Positions 19,944 through 28,955 of a stretch of DNA of 64,000 bases are shown here, in pieces; within the stretch, counting starts at the first letter, position 1, and each line of letters begins with the position of its first letter. The notes below the pieces were generated by a model that was not told where the DNA came from, made no database searches, and was given only the letters and a program-made list of their open reading frames with translations. Position numbers and translations under genes: made by a program. The stretch covers positions 224,001-288,000 of the forward strand of contig OY969814.1 of NCBI GenBank assembly GCA_963703345.1, written 5' to 3'. The DNA is from an uncultured Chloroflexia bacterium (GTDB taxonomy: Bacteria > Chloroflexota > Dehalococcoidia > DSTF01 > JALHUB01).

Positions 19944-20921
19944 TTGCGAATACTCGTCGTAGGCGGAGCGGGCTATATCGGCAGTGTGACAGTGGCGGAG
20001 CTTCTGGAGGCGGGCCACGAGGTCGTCGTCTTTGACAGCCTGGTCACCGGGCACGCCGAAGCGGTGTCGCCCGGCGCGGAGCTGGTCGTCGGCGACCTGG
20101 CGGACGCGAAGCTTGTGGAGAACGTGTTCGCGCGGCGGAGCTTCGACGGCGTTGTGTACTACGCCGGGTTCATCGCCGCCGGGGAATCGATGCAGGACCC
20201 GGGCAAGTACTTCCTGAACAACGTTGGCCACCTCATCAACCTCCTGAACGCCATGGTGAAGTACCAGGTACTGCGATTCGTCTTCAGCTCAAGCGCCGGC
20301 GTGTACGGCGAGCCATCGAAGACGCCGATAGAGGAGGACGCATTGCTGGCGGCCGTCAATCCGTACGGCGAGTCGAAGGCGATCGGCGAGCGGCTGCTGC
20401 GCTGGTATGACAGCCAGTGCGGGCTCCGATACGTATCGCTGCGCTATTTTAACGCCGCCGGAGCGACGGAAAGCCTGGGCGAGGACCACCGGCCGGAAAC
20501 GCATCTCATCCCGGTGGTGTTACAAGCGGCGGCGGGCAAGCTGCCCTCCCTTGAGATCTACGGCTCGGACTACCCGACGCCGGACGGCACCTGCATCCGC
20601 GACTACGTGCACGTCTCGGACCTGGCGCAGGCGCACTCTCTGGCGCTGGAGCGAACGCTCAAGGGCAGCGCGGTCTACAACGTCGGCAACGGACAGGGCT
20701 TCTCGAACGGCGAAGTGGTGGAGACGGCGCGTCGGGTGACGGGAAAGCCGATCGTCGTGCGCAACGCGCCGCGTCGAGAGGGCGACCCGGCCGTCCTGGT
20801 TGCCAGCGCGGTGAAGGCGAAGGCGGGACTCGGCTGGGAGCCGCGTTTTCCGGACCTGGAGCCGATCATCGAGAGCGCGTGGCGGTGGCACCAGGCGCAT
20901 CCGAACGGGTACGAAAGCTAG
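19944..20921 (+). CDS. galE: UDP-glucose 4-epimerase
   Basis: GGAGYIGS, FSSSA, YGESK, LRYFNAAG, DGTCIRDYVHV; TTG start after GAGGAG. Confidence 0.95.
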   Translation: MRILVVGGAGYIGSVTVAELLEAGHEVVVFDSLVTGHAEAVSPGAELVVGDLADAKLVENVFARRSFDGVVYYAGFIAAGESMQDPGKYFLNNVGHLINLLNAMVKYQVLRFVFSSSAGVYGEPSKTPIEEDALLAAVNPYGESKAIGERLLRWYDSQCGLRYVSLRYFNAAGATESLGEDHRPETHLIPVVLQAAAGKLPSLEIYGSDYPTPDGTCIRDYVHVSDLAQAHSLALERTLKGSAVYNVGNGQGFSNGEVVETARRVTGKPIVVRNAPRREGDPAVLVASAVKAKAGLGWEPRFPDLEPIIESAWRWHQAHPNGYES

Positions 20922-20946
20922 TCGAAGAAACGCCCGTCCGCCGCGA

Positions 20947-22018
20947 CTATTTCCACGTTTGGCCTAGAATCCGTAGCCAGTTCTCGTGCGTCACCTTTCG
21001 CAGGGCTGCCTCGTCATAGCCGGCCGTCCGCAGCGCCTCGATGAGCTTCGGCAGGCCGGCAACGTCCCCCAACTCCGCCGGGATTGTCGAGCCATCGAAG
21101 TCCGAGCCGAGCGCGACGTGATCGATGCCGATGCGTGCGGCAACGTAGTCGAACGTGGCGCACAATCTCGGCGATCGGCGTGTCAGCCTCCTGGTGTCCG
21201 TCGGCGCGCAGATTGCCCGCAAAGAAGATGACGCCGATGACGCCGCCCGACGCGCCCACGGCGTCGAGCTGCTTATCGGTAAGGTTGCGGGTGGAGCGGC
21301 AGAGCGCGTGGGCGGCGGTATGAGTCACGGCGAGCGGCGCCTCGGAGAGGGCCGCCACGTCCCAGAAGCCGCGCTCGTTCAAGTGCGAGAGATCGAGCAT
21401 GATTCCCAGCTTGTTGCAGGCGCGGACAAGGTCCTTCCCGCGCTCGCTGAGACCGGGCCCTACGTCGGCCGAGCCGGGGAAACGGAATGGCGCGCCCGTG
21501 GCGAAGACGTTCGGACGGCTCCAAGCGATGCCCAGCGAGCGGAGGCCAGCGGAGTAGAAGACGTGCAGCGCGTCGAGGTCCGGGTCAATCGCCTCCGCGC
21601 CCTCGAAGTGCAAAACCGCGGCAATGTCCCCTCGGCGCAGGCAATCGGCGATTTCGTCGACGTTGCGGACCACGCGCAGCTTGCCGCCGGACTGCGTCTC
21701 CAAACGGAAGAGGTCCGCCATGACCGCCCTGGTGAACCGCTGCGCATAAGCCAGCCCTAGCGGCGGTGGCAGCGGGATGTCGTAGCCTTCGTCCCCGAAC
21801 GCGAGGGGACCTGGCGTGTCGTGGCCGGATTCGCTCGGAGGAACGAAGATCGCGAAGAAGCCGCCGCCGAAGCCCCCCTCGACGGCGCGCGGAAGGTCAA
21901 CGTGGCCGCGACTGCTGCGCTCTAGGAAAGAGCGGTCGCCGTCCGGACCGGGACAATGGAGGGCGACGAGTGTGTCGTTGTGGCCGTCGAAGACGGGCGG
22001 CCCGGATGGCGCAGGCAT
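20947..22018 (-). pseudogene. membrane dipeptidase (peptidase M19) with a single frameshift
   Basis: FDGHND, HFEG, DLSHLN in 21014-22018 frame; GIDHVALGSDFDG...ENWLR in the next frame; one extra base near 21151-21155. Confidence 0.85.
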
Positions 22019-22117
22019 TATGCCTCCTGGTTGCGGAATGCGGAGGGTCGGCAGGGAGCATGACGATATGGGGCTATACGGCCGGCTTCGTAGCGCGGCG
22101 AACCGACAGTCGAGAGA

Positions 22118-22366
22118 TCAGGCCGGTGCGGCGACTTCCCGCGGAAGCATTCCCTCCAAAATTCGTTCCAGCGCCATCGTGTGAGAACAGAGGCCTCTAC
22201 CGGCGAAGAAGTTGCATGAGCAGCGCCAGCCGCCGGCGTCGAAGGTGACGTTATGGGAGTGATTGTCACCCTGGAACTCGACGTCGAAGCTCTTGAAGCG
22301 CAAGCGGTGTCGCTCTTCAGAGTAGCGCTTTGCCTTCTCGATCTTGCCGATGAAGCTGGAATTCAT
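22118..22366 (-). CDS. small SWIM-type zinc finger protein
   Basis: WRCSC...LCSH (CxC-xn-CxH); AAGGAG RBS. Confidence 0.85.
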   Translation of the reverse strand: MNSSFIGKIEKAKRYSEERHRLRFKSFDVEFQGDNHSHNVTFDAGGWRCSCNFFAGRGLCSHTMALERILEGMLPREVAAPA

Positions 22367-22503
22367 CTCTGCTCTCCTTGGCTCAGAAACAGGGAATCAA
22401 AAGGCACCTGACGCCTACGCCGGTGCCTTGTTTCGATATTCAGTTGAAGCGGCGCCACCCATCCCTGTCATCACTCCTCAGTGGGGCGCTGTACTCTGAT
22501 ACT

Positions 22504-22532
22504 ATTCTATCGGCAGGCGGGAGGGTCGTCAA
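22504..22532 (-). promoter_or_regulatory. sigma70-type promoter for the SWIM-gene leader
   Basis: Minus strand TTGACG-17 nt-TAGAAT. Confidence 0.7.
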
Positions 22533-22577
22533 GACGGAGTTCATGTGGACAGATTCTGTGGAATCTGCTACAGTCGA

Positions 22578-22653
22578 TGGTGCGCCGGGGGAGATTCGAA
22601 CTCCCGACCTCAGGGTTAGCGGCCCTAAGCTCTATCCGCTGAGCTACCGGCGC
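22578..22653 (-). tRNA. atypical tRNA: Arg-type body, anticodon loop CCGCUAA (nominal anticodon GCU)
   Basis: GCGCCGG-TA-GCTC-AGCGGATA-GAGC-T-TAGGG-CCGCTAA-CCCTG-AGGTC-GGGAG-TTCGAAT-CTCCC-CCGGCGC-A-CCA; all four stems pair; 76 nt; encoded CCA. Confidence 0.9.
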
Positions 22654-22703
22654 ATCACGAGGAGAGTGGATCGTGCTAACAGGCGCCTGTCCACTCTCTT
22701 CTA

Positions 22704-23429
22704 TTATTCCGCTTCCTCCGAACTCGCTTGTGGCACCTCGTATTCCTTCATCTGGTCGATCAACGCGAACACGAAAACCCTATCTTCACCTTCGAGGTCG
22801 AAGGGGTTAAAGTCCACCGTCAGAGACACGCGTCCGCCGCTTCGCAATTTGAGTAGCCGAGTATGACCATCGCCCGACGGCGGATGTGGCCGATTCGTCT
22901 GGTCCGGCTTACTTTGTTGCCGGCGCTTCCCCTTGGTGTCGCCGGTGGCCGTCTTCTTCACCGGGGCTCTGTTCCGTGCCCTCTTTGATATATGGGAGGC
23001 AATTGGTAAGTCAGCGGCCCTGGCCGCGTTTATCAGAAAGCTCGCCGCCTTGCGGCGCGTAGGATCCGTCGCACCCAAATTCGTCAAGGCGTCGTCGAGC
23101 ATCTTAGGGGTCATGCTACGGAGTCCATCGACCAAGTCCGCGCCGTATGCGTCGCGTAACATCTCTGCTAACAGCGCTTTGCGTTGGTCGTTGTTAGCCC
23201 CAGCGAGATTCGCAAGTTTGTCCATAGGCACGTCCCCTTCAAGAAGTCCAAGGAACCGAAGCCCTGGCATTAGCTGCGCGCCAACACTTCCAGCGAACTT
23301 TGGCTCCCACAGAGAACGATCTATCCGGCTAGGCGTCGTACCCATGTCCTTTAGCCAATCAAGGCACGTGACGAAAGTCGCGTAGCTAATGTAGGTCGGT
23401 AGGCGGTGATCCGTCTGTTCTTGCACCAT
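22704..23429 (-). CDS. DUF5343-like hypothetical protein
   Basis: YISYATF...PSRIDRS...LMPGLRFLGLL...LRDAY pattern recalled for DUF5343; AAGGAG RBS; lower GC. Confidence 0.6.
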   Translation of the reverse strand: MVQEQTDHRLPTYISYATFVTCLDWLKDMGTTPSRIDRSLWEPKFAGSVGAQLMPGLRFLGLLEGDVPMDKLANLAGANNDQRKALLAEMLRDAYGADLVDGLRSMTPKMLDDALTNLGATDPTRRKAASFLINAARAADLPIASHISKRARNRAPVKKTATGDTKGKRRQQSKPDQTNRPHPPSGDGHTRLLKLRSGGRVSLTVDFNPFDLEGEDRVFVFALIDQMKEYEVPQASSEEAE

Positions 23430-23845
23430 TGTGGCATCGCTCCTTTCCCTTACCGCACACCTTACGCGAGAAGCAGTGCCGCTGTCAAGCGGTGCGCGGA
23501 CACAGTTTGAGGTTCTATTCGGCACTGCCCTTAAATAGTCGCTGGAAGGCGGGCGATGCCATGTTCCAGCGTGGTGACACACTGCGGCTTAGGGGTTCTG
23601 ACGGAAGGCCAGCAGTGCTTCGTGTTTGGAGGGATAAGGGTGACGGCTTATCGTTGTATTCTGAGCGTGGGTACGAAAAGGGCTGCCGGGTTGTCGGGCG
23701 CGGAGGCAACTGCTAGAATCGATAACTGCCTCGGTTATCGACGGTCCGTTTCCCGGGAGGTTGGGATGCGATCCCGGAAGAGTCGCTCTTCACCATATCC
23801 CCTGACGCCGCCTTTCCCGCCGCCTGCCGCACGGGCCGAATCCCC

Positions 23846-24826
23846 ATGAGCTACGCCGTCGCCTTCGAACCGTTCGATGCCGTGCGCGACGAGTGGCTGG
23901 CGCTCCTGTCGCCGCCCAGGGCGCGAGACGTCTTTCGTCACCCCCGCTGGCAGGAGGTCTGGCTGCAGGAGTTCGACCGCCAGGCCGACGCGCGTTTCCT
24001 GACGGTCCGGGACGGCGTCCGGCTCGTCGGGCTGGCCTCGCTGCTGGATGAGGGCGAGCGCGTAACCTTCCTCGGCGACCACAACATCTGCGACTATATG
24101 GACTTTGTGCTCGCCGCCGGCGGCGAGGAAGGCGTCCTGGCGGCGATTGTCGATGCGCTGTTCGAGGGCGGGCGCCGTGAGATAGCGCTCTGGGGGCTGC
24201 GAGAGGACTCGCCGACGCCGGCGCTGCTGTCGCGGCTGGCCGGGGAACGCGGCTGGAGCGTGACGCAGGAGGAAGAGGCGACCTGCCCGCAGCTCGACCT
24301 GCCGCCGACGTGGGGCGAGTACCTGGAGTCGCTGTCGGGCAAGAACCGCCATGAGCTGCGCCGGAAGATGCGCCGCTTCCAGAAGACGGTGGGCGAGATG
24401 GAGATGCGGGTGCTCTGCTCGCCGGCGGAGGTCGCGGAAGGGATGGACGATTTTCTGCGCCTGATGACGCTGAAGTCGGACAAGGCGCAATTCATGACGG
24501 AGACGATGGAGCGCTTCTTCCGTCGCATCGGCCCGGCGATGGCGGAGGAAGGTCTGGCCGGCATGTGCCTTTTCGAGCTGGGCGGTAAGCGGGTCGCGGG
24601 AGTTTTCTGCTTTGAGGACGCGGAGGAGACGCTGCTCTACAACAGCGGCTTCGACCCGCGCTACGCCGATCTTTCCGTTGGGCTGCTGTCGAAGGCGGGC
24701 TGCCTGCGGCATGCAATCGAGGACGGGCGGCGGCGACTGGACTTCCTGCGGGGGGACGAGCCGTATAAGTACGACCTGGGCGCCGGGGACCACCAGGTCT
24801 ATCGATGCCTTATCAAGAAGGCGTGA
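23846..24826 (+). CDS. CelD/BcsL-like (FemAB-fold) GNAT protein
   Basis: CDYMDF, LPPTWGEYLESLSGKNRHELRRK, YNSGFD, LDFLRGDEPYKY. Confidence 0.88.
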   Translation: MSYAVAFEPFDAVRDEWLALLSPPRARDVFRHPRWQEVWLQEFDRQADARFLTVRDGVRLVGLASLLDEGERVTFLGDHNICDYMDFVLAAGGEEGVLAAIVDALFEGGRREIALWGLREDSPTPALLSRLAGERGWSVTQEEEATCPQLDLPPTWGEYLESLSGKNRHELRRKMRRFQKTVGEMEMRVLCSPAEVAEGMDDFLRLMTLKSDKAQFMTETMERFFRRIGPAMAEEGLAGMCLFELGGKRVAGVFCFEDAEETLLYNSGFDPRYADLSVGLLSKAGCLRHAIEDGRRRLDFLRGDEPYKYDLGAGDHQVYRCLIKKA

Positions 24827-24854
24827 CTCAGGCTACAATGAGACAGAGGACGCA

Positions 24855-26081
24855 GTGAAGCGAATCGCCGTAATCAGCGCGCACACCTCGCCGCTGGCGC
24901 CGCTCGGCTACCGGGAGACCGGCGGCATGAACGTCTACGTCCGCGAGCTGAGCCGCGAGATGGGCCGCCGCGGATACGCCATCGACGTGTTCACCCGACG
25001 CGCCGAGCCCGACGCGCCCGCCGTCGTATCGCCCAGCGAGAACGTGCGGGTTGTGCATCTGCGCGCGGGCCCGGAAGGCGGCGAGGGCAAGCGACAGCTC
25101 TACGGCCACCTGCGCGAGTTCGAGCGCGAGATGCTGTCGTTCCAGCAGGCGGAAGGCGTCGAATACGACCTCATCCACAGCCACTACTGGCTCTCCGGCC
25201 TCCTCGGCCTGCGACTCCGCGACCGCTGGGACGTGCCGCTGGTGAACATGTTCCACACGCTGGGCGAGTTGAAGCGGCGGGCAAGCGGCGGCGAGGAGCC
25301 GGCGATACGCGAAGAAGTGGAGCGACGCGTCGCGCGAGAGGCGGACGCCATAGTGTGCGCCAGCGAGCACGAGAAGCGAGCGCTGATCGACATCTACGGC
25401 GCGGATGCGACGCGAATAGCCGTCGTGCCGTGCGGCGTCGACCTGGCGCGCTTCCGGCCGCTGGACAAGGAGATGGCGCGGCGGTCGCTGGGGCTGAACG
25501 GCGAGAAGATGATCCTCTTCGTCGGGCGGATGGAGCCACTGAAGGGGCTGGACGTTCTGCTGGGCGCGGCGGCGCGCCTGGATGAGGAGCCCGCCTTTAA
25601 GGTCGTGGTCGTCGGCGGCGACGGCAACGGCACGGGCGAGGCGCTGCACCTGACGAGGCTGAGCGCCAGCCTGGGGATTGCGGACCGCGTCAGCTTCATG
25701 GGACCGGTCGGACACGACAAGCTGCCGCTTTACTACAACGCCGCGGACGTCTGCGTCGTGCCGTCGCACTACGAGAGCTTCTGCCTGGTCGCGCTGGAGG
25801 CGATGGCCTGCGGGACGCCGGTCGTGGCGTCGCGCGTGGGCGGGCTGAGCGTGACGGTGCGCGACGGCGAGACGGGATACCTGATAGAGCATCAGTCGCC
25901 GCAGCCGTTCGCGGAGAGCGTGGCCGCGCTGCTCGCCGACGAAGAGCTGCGGCTAAGCTTCGGCAGGACGGCGAGCGAGGCGGTGACGGGCTTCGGCTGG
26001 GAACGCATCGCCGATTCCATCGCGGCCTTGTACGACGAAGTGGCGGCCCGCAGGAAGCAGCGGCCGGCTTCGACGCCATGA
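24855..26081 (+). CDS. MshA-like GT4 glycosyltransferase
   Basis: SAHTSPL..G..TGGMNVYV, IHSHYWLSG, FVGRMEPLKG, PSHYESF.LVALEAMACG. Confidence 0.88.
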   Translation: MKRIAVISAHTSPLAPLGYRETGGMNVYVRELSREMGRRGYAIDVFTRRAEPDAPAVVSPSENVRVVHLRAGPEGGEGKRQLYGHLREFEREMLSFQQAEGVEYDLIHSHYWLSGLLGLRLRDRWDVPLVNMFHTLGELKRRASGGEEPAIREEVERRVAREADAIVCASEHEKRALIDIYGADATRIAVVPCGVDLARFRPLDKEMARRSLGLNGEKMILFVGRMEPLKGLDVLLGAAARLDEEPAFKVVVVGGDGNGTGEALHLTRLSASLGIADRVSFMGPVGHDKLPLYYNAADVCVVPSHYESFCLVALEAMACGTPVVASRVGGLSVTVRDGETGYLIEHQSPQPFAESVAALLADEELRLSFGRTASEAVTGFGWERIADSIAALYDEVAARRKQRPASTP

Positions 26082-26914
26082 TCATCGACTTCCACACCCA
26101 CATCTTCTCGCCTGAAGTCGTCGAAAGACGCGAGGAGCTCCTGGAGCGGGAGCCGACCTTCCGCGAGCTGTACGCGCGGCGGGACGCCCACCTGGCGACG
26201 GCGCAGGAGCTCTTGCGCAGCATGGACGAGGCGGGCGTCGATGCCAGCGTGGTGCTCAACTTCGCCTGGCACGACACAGAGCTGTGCCGTCGCACGAACG
26301 ACTACATCCTGGAGTCGGCGGCGGCCAGCGGTGGGCGGCTCATCCCGTTCTGCCTCTTCGCGCCGGGCGAGGGCGCTGTCGACGAGATGGAGCGCTGTCT
26401 TGCGTCGGGGGCGCGCGGCTTCGGCGAGCTGCGCCCGGAGAGCCAGGGCTGGGAGCTCGAAGACGAAGCGCTGTCGGCGCCGCTGGGTCGCCTGGCGAGC
26501 GAGAGCGGTGTCCTCCTGCTGTTCCACGCGTCGGAGCCGGTAGGGCCGGGGTATGCGGGCAAGGAAGGGCAGTCGCTAGGCTCGCTGTACCGCTTCATCG
26601 AGAAGTGGCCGTCGGCGAAGGTCGTCGCGGCGCACTGGGGCGGCGGCCTCCCGTTCTACAAGCTGATGCGTCGCGCGCACGAGACGCTGGCGAACACGTA
26701 CTTCGACACGGCGGCGACGCGCTTCCTCTACCGCCACGAGGTCTTTCGTCGCGCCGTCGACATCGTCGGTGCCGAGCGCGTGCTGTTCGGCAGCGACTTC
26801 CCGTTGCTGTCGCAATCGCGCTGCCTGCGAGAGGTGGACGAGGCGCAACTGAGCGACGGCGAGAAGGCCCTCATCCTCGGTGAGAACGCCCGGCGACTGC
26901 TGCAACTGCCATGA
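26078..26914 (+). CDS. amidohydrolase family protein
   Basis: IIDFHTH, AAHWGGG, YFDTA, LFGSDFP; ATGA overlap with upstream gene. Confidence 0.9.
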   Translation: MIIDFHTHIFSPEVVERREELLEREPTFRELYARRDAHLATAQELLRSMDEAGVDASVVLNFAWHDTELCRRTNDYILESAAASGGRLIPFCLFAPGEGAVDEMERCLASGARGFGELRPESQGWELEDEALSAPLGRLASESGVLLLFHASEPVGPGYAGKEGQSLGSLYRFIEKWPSAKVVAAHWGGGLPFYKLMRRAHETLANTYFDTAATRFLYRHEVFRRAVDIVGAERVLFGSDFPLLSQSRCLREVDEAQLSDGEKALILGENARRLLQLP

Positions 26915-27522
26915 GGGAGAAACAGGACCGCGGCCTGCGGCTCTTCGTCGCCTGCGAGCTGCCGTCGGAGGCGCTGGAAGCGCTGGGACGCATTCAAGCC
27001 GAGCTGCGCGAACTGGGCGCGGGACGGTTGCGCTGGGTGCGTCCGGAGGGCATTCACCTGACGCTGAAGTTCCTTGGCGCTGTCGCCCCCGATAAGGCGC
27101 AGCGCGTCACTGACGCCCTGGCTGCAGCGATTGTCGAGCCGTTCACGCTGGCGCTGCGCTTCGACCGGCTGGGCAGCTTCGGCGGCCGGATGCGATTGCG
27201 CGTGATCTGGGTTGGCCTGGCGGGCGACGTGGAAGAGCTGTCGGCGCTGGCGGAGACGGTGGAGAAGGCGCTCGGGCCGCTCGGCTTCCCGCGCGAGAGC
27301 CGTCCGTTTGCGCCGCACCTGACGCTGGCGCGCGTGCCCGACGAGATGGGCATCGAGGAGCGGAGCCGGCTGGCGGACCTGGTGGCGGCGTACAGGCTGT
27401 CGGAGATGTCTTGCCCGCCCGGGCCGTCGATTACGGTGTCGGAGGTGGCGCTGATGCAGAGTCTCCTTTTGCCCGGCGGCGCCCGCTACGAGCAGCGCGC
27501 CGCCTTCCCGCGCGTCGAGTGA
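26911..27522 (+). CDS. thpR: RNA 2',3'-cyclic phosphodiesterase (2H phosphoesterase)
   Basis: RLFVA, HLTLKFLG and PHLTLAR (two HxT motifs); ATGA overlap. Confidence 0.92.
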   Translation: MREKQDRGLRLFVACELPSEALEALGRIQAELRELGAGRLRWVRPEGIHLTLKFLGAVAPDKAQRVTDALAAAIVEPFTLALRFDRLGSFGGRMRLRVIWVGLAGDVEELSALAETVEKALGPLGFPRESRPFAPHLTLARVPDEMGIEERSRLADLVAAYRLSEMSCPPGPSITVSEVALMQSLLLPGGARYEQRAAFPRVE

Positions 27523-27651
27523 GGGCCTCATTCTATATCTGGCCCATCGCCTTCTTGCTCCGGGCGTACGCCGCTTGAGGGATGCACGATCCGCCGGATC
27601 GGTCGAATTTGGAGTAGAGAGGACCTTTCGTGATCGCCAGGGAGGAGGCCG

Positions 27652-27900
27652 ATGATACCGTTGCCCGCCGACTACTACCACGAGCCCTTGCACGATTGGC
27701 GCATGTGCGAACAGTGCAAGAGCCGGACGGGGAAATGGATATGGCTCCTGGCGCGGCACGCCCCAATGCGGGTGTTTTGTGATAAGTGCGTGCCCGCCGA
27801 CAAGGGAATCCGCACCCGCTACACTCCTCAGCAGAATCGCTTCATCGAGGTCTACGAGCGCGGCCGCTCGAAGGAACTGAGGGAACAGGACAGCGCCTAG
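27652..27900 (+). CDS. small CxxC...CxxC zinc-finger protein
   Basis: GGAGGAGG RBS; CEQC and CDKC. Confidence 0.65.
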   Translation: MIPLPADYYHEPLHDWRMCEQCKSRTGKWIWLLARHAPMRVFCDKCVPADKGIRTRYTPQQNRFIEVYERGRSKELREQDSA

Positions 27901-28141
27901 AGCGGCGCAAGAATCTTCGAATCAGTCGCTGCCTGCCGCCGGGGGGCATCGCGCACCGCTACCAGCCGGCCGAAAACGGCTACGTTGAGCTCTACAATCG
28001 ACAGCGCCGCCATGAGGCGCGCGAGAACAGCCGATGACAAGTCGGTGCAAGAGCGAACACCTGCCGCGCGGTGTATAATCCGAGCCGGAATGGAGACCAA
28101 CGTTCTTCGTTAGGGCGAGCAGTCGGGCGAAGGAGTGGCTC

Positions 28142-28711
28142 ATGTTCTTGCTGTTGGTGCTCATCCGAAACCCTATTGCCTTTATCAGAGCAGTGACTCT
28201 GGATTTTACGTTCGGCCATCCGGTCTGGGCTTATGGCCGCTATTCGTATAGGTCGCGTGGCTTACAGCAGGAGGCAATCAGCTACGTTCTGTTTCCTGAT
28301 GACGTGAATAGAAAAGGGCTCGTTGACCCAGCGGCCTGGTATGCGGCTGCTCACAATATCGCCAGGTTCGAACTATATCGTGCAAGCAGGGACTATGCTC
28401 TCAAAGGCAACACGGGGAAGTATGTTTGGCGGAAGGTGTTCGGGCCGGTTACACCAGGGACACACGAGTTGCATGTCATCGCAGCGGTGGCCAGCAAGAC
28501 GACGGGCCGTATAGTGCTAAGGGCTCTCGGCATTTCTGCATCGCAGGAGCGGATCGAGTCAGCCTTGGTGTTCCCCAGGTATCTTCGGTGTGTCCTTGGA
28601 CTCGTTACAGACGCGCTCCAGGGGGGAGTCAGAGGCAACGAAGGCAGGCGCTTACTGGCACAGGTCGCGCTTGCAGGCGCAGCTATATATCTTCTTCTCA
28701 CGGTGTTATGA
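28142..28711 (+). CDS. hypothetical protein with hydrophobic termini
   Basis: 189-aa ORF, lower GC, C-terminal TM-like segment; start uncertain. Confidence 0.5.
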   Translation: MFLLLVLIRNPIAFIRAVTLDFTFGHPVWAYGRYSYRSRGLQQEAISYVLFPDDVNRKGLVDPAAWYAAAHNIARFELYRASRDYALKGNTGKYVWRKVFGPVTPGTHELHVIAAVASKTTGRIVLRALGISASQERIESALVFPRYLRCVLGLVTDALQGGVRGNEGRRLLAQVALAGAAIYLLLTVL

Positions 28712-28955
28712 TCCCGCGGCCTGGCCGCGCGCTCAATCCGCGCGCTCCGGGTGGCGATGAAGGCTTCTCTCGCTGGCGATGTGGCCTAAGAAGGGCGGAA
28801 TCCGCCGTTGATTCTCTCTTGCCCAGATCGAGCTCTCTGCGCCAGCCCTACAGGTATTCTTCTGCAAAAATCAAGCCCCAAAACGGGACTTGACCTTAAC
28901 GATCCGCCCTCTCCGCCGGTACAATAACTGGAAGAGTCTTTCAAGGAGGACAACG

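Noticed and set aside
21140-21165. Programmed frameshift in the dipeptidase
   Set aside because: No slippery heptamer or evident stimulator; mutation or error is simpler.
22544-22567. Two TGTGGA motifs as DnaA boxes / oriC
   Set aside because: Only two degenerate copies, no AT-rich unwinding element or dnaA nearby.
22578-22653. Genome-wide AGC/AGU reassignment to Arg
   Set aside because: AGC encodes conserved serines in IleRS (HKS) and FabF (NSF) in this window.
22578-22653. Calling this an ordinary tRNA-Ser(GCU)
   Set aside because: No long variable arm, A73 rather than G73, Arg-type D-loop.
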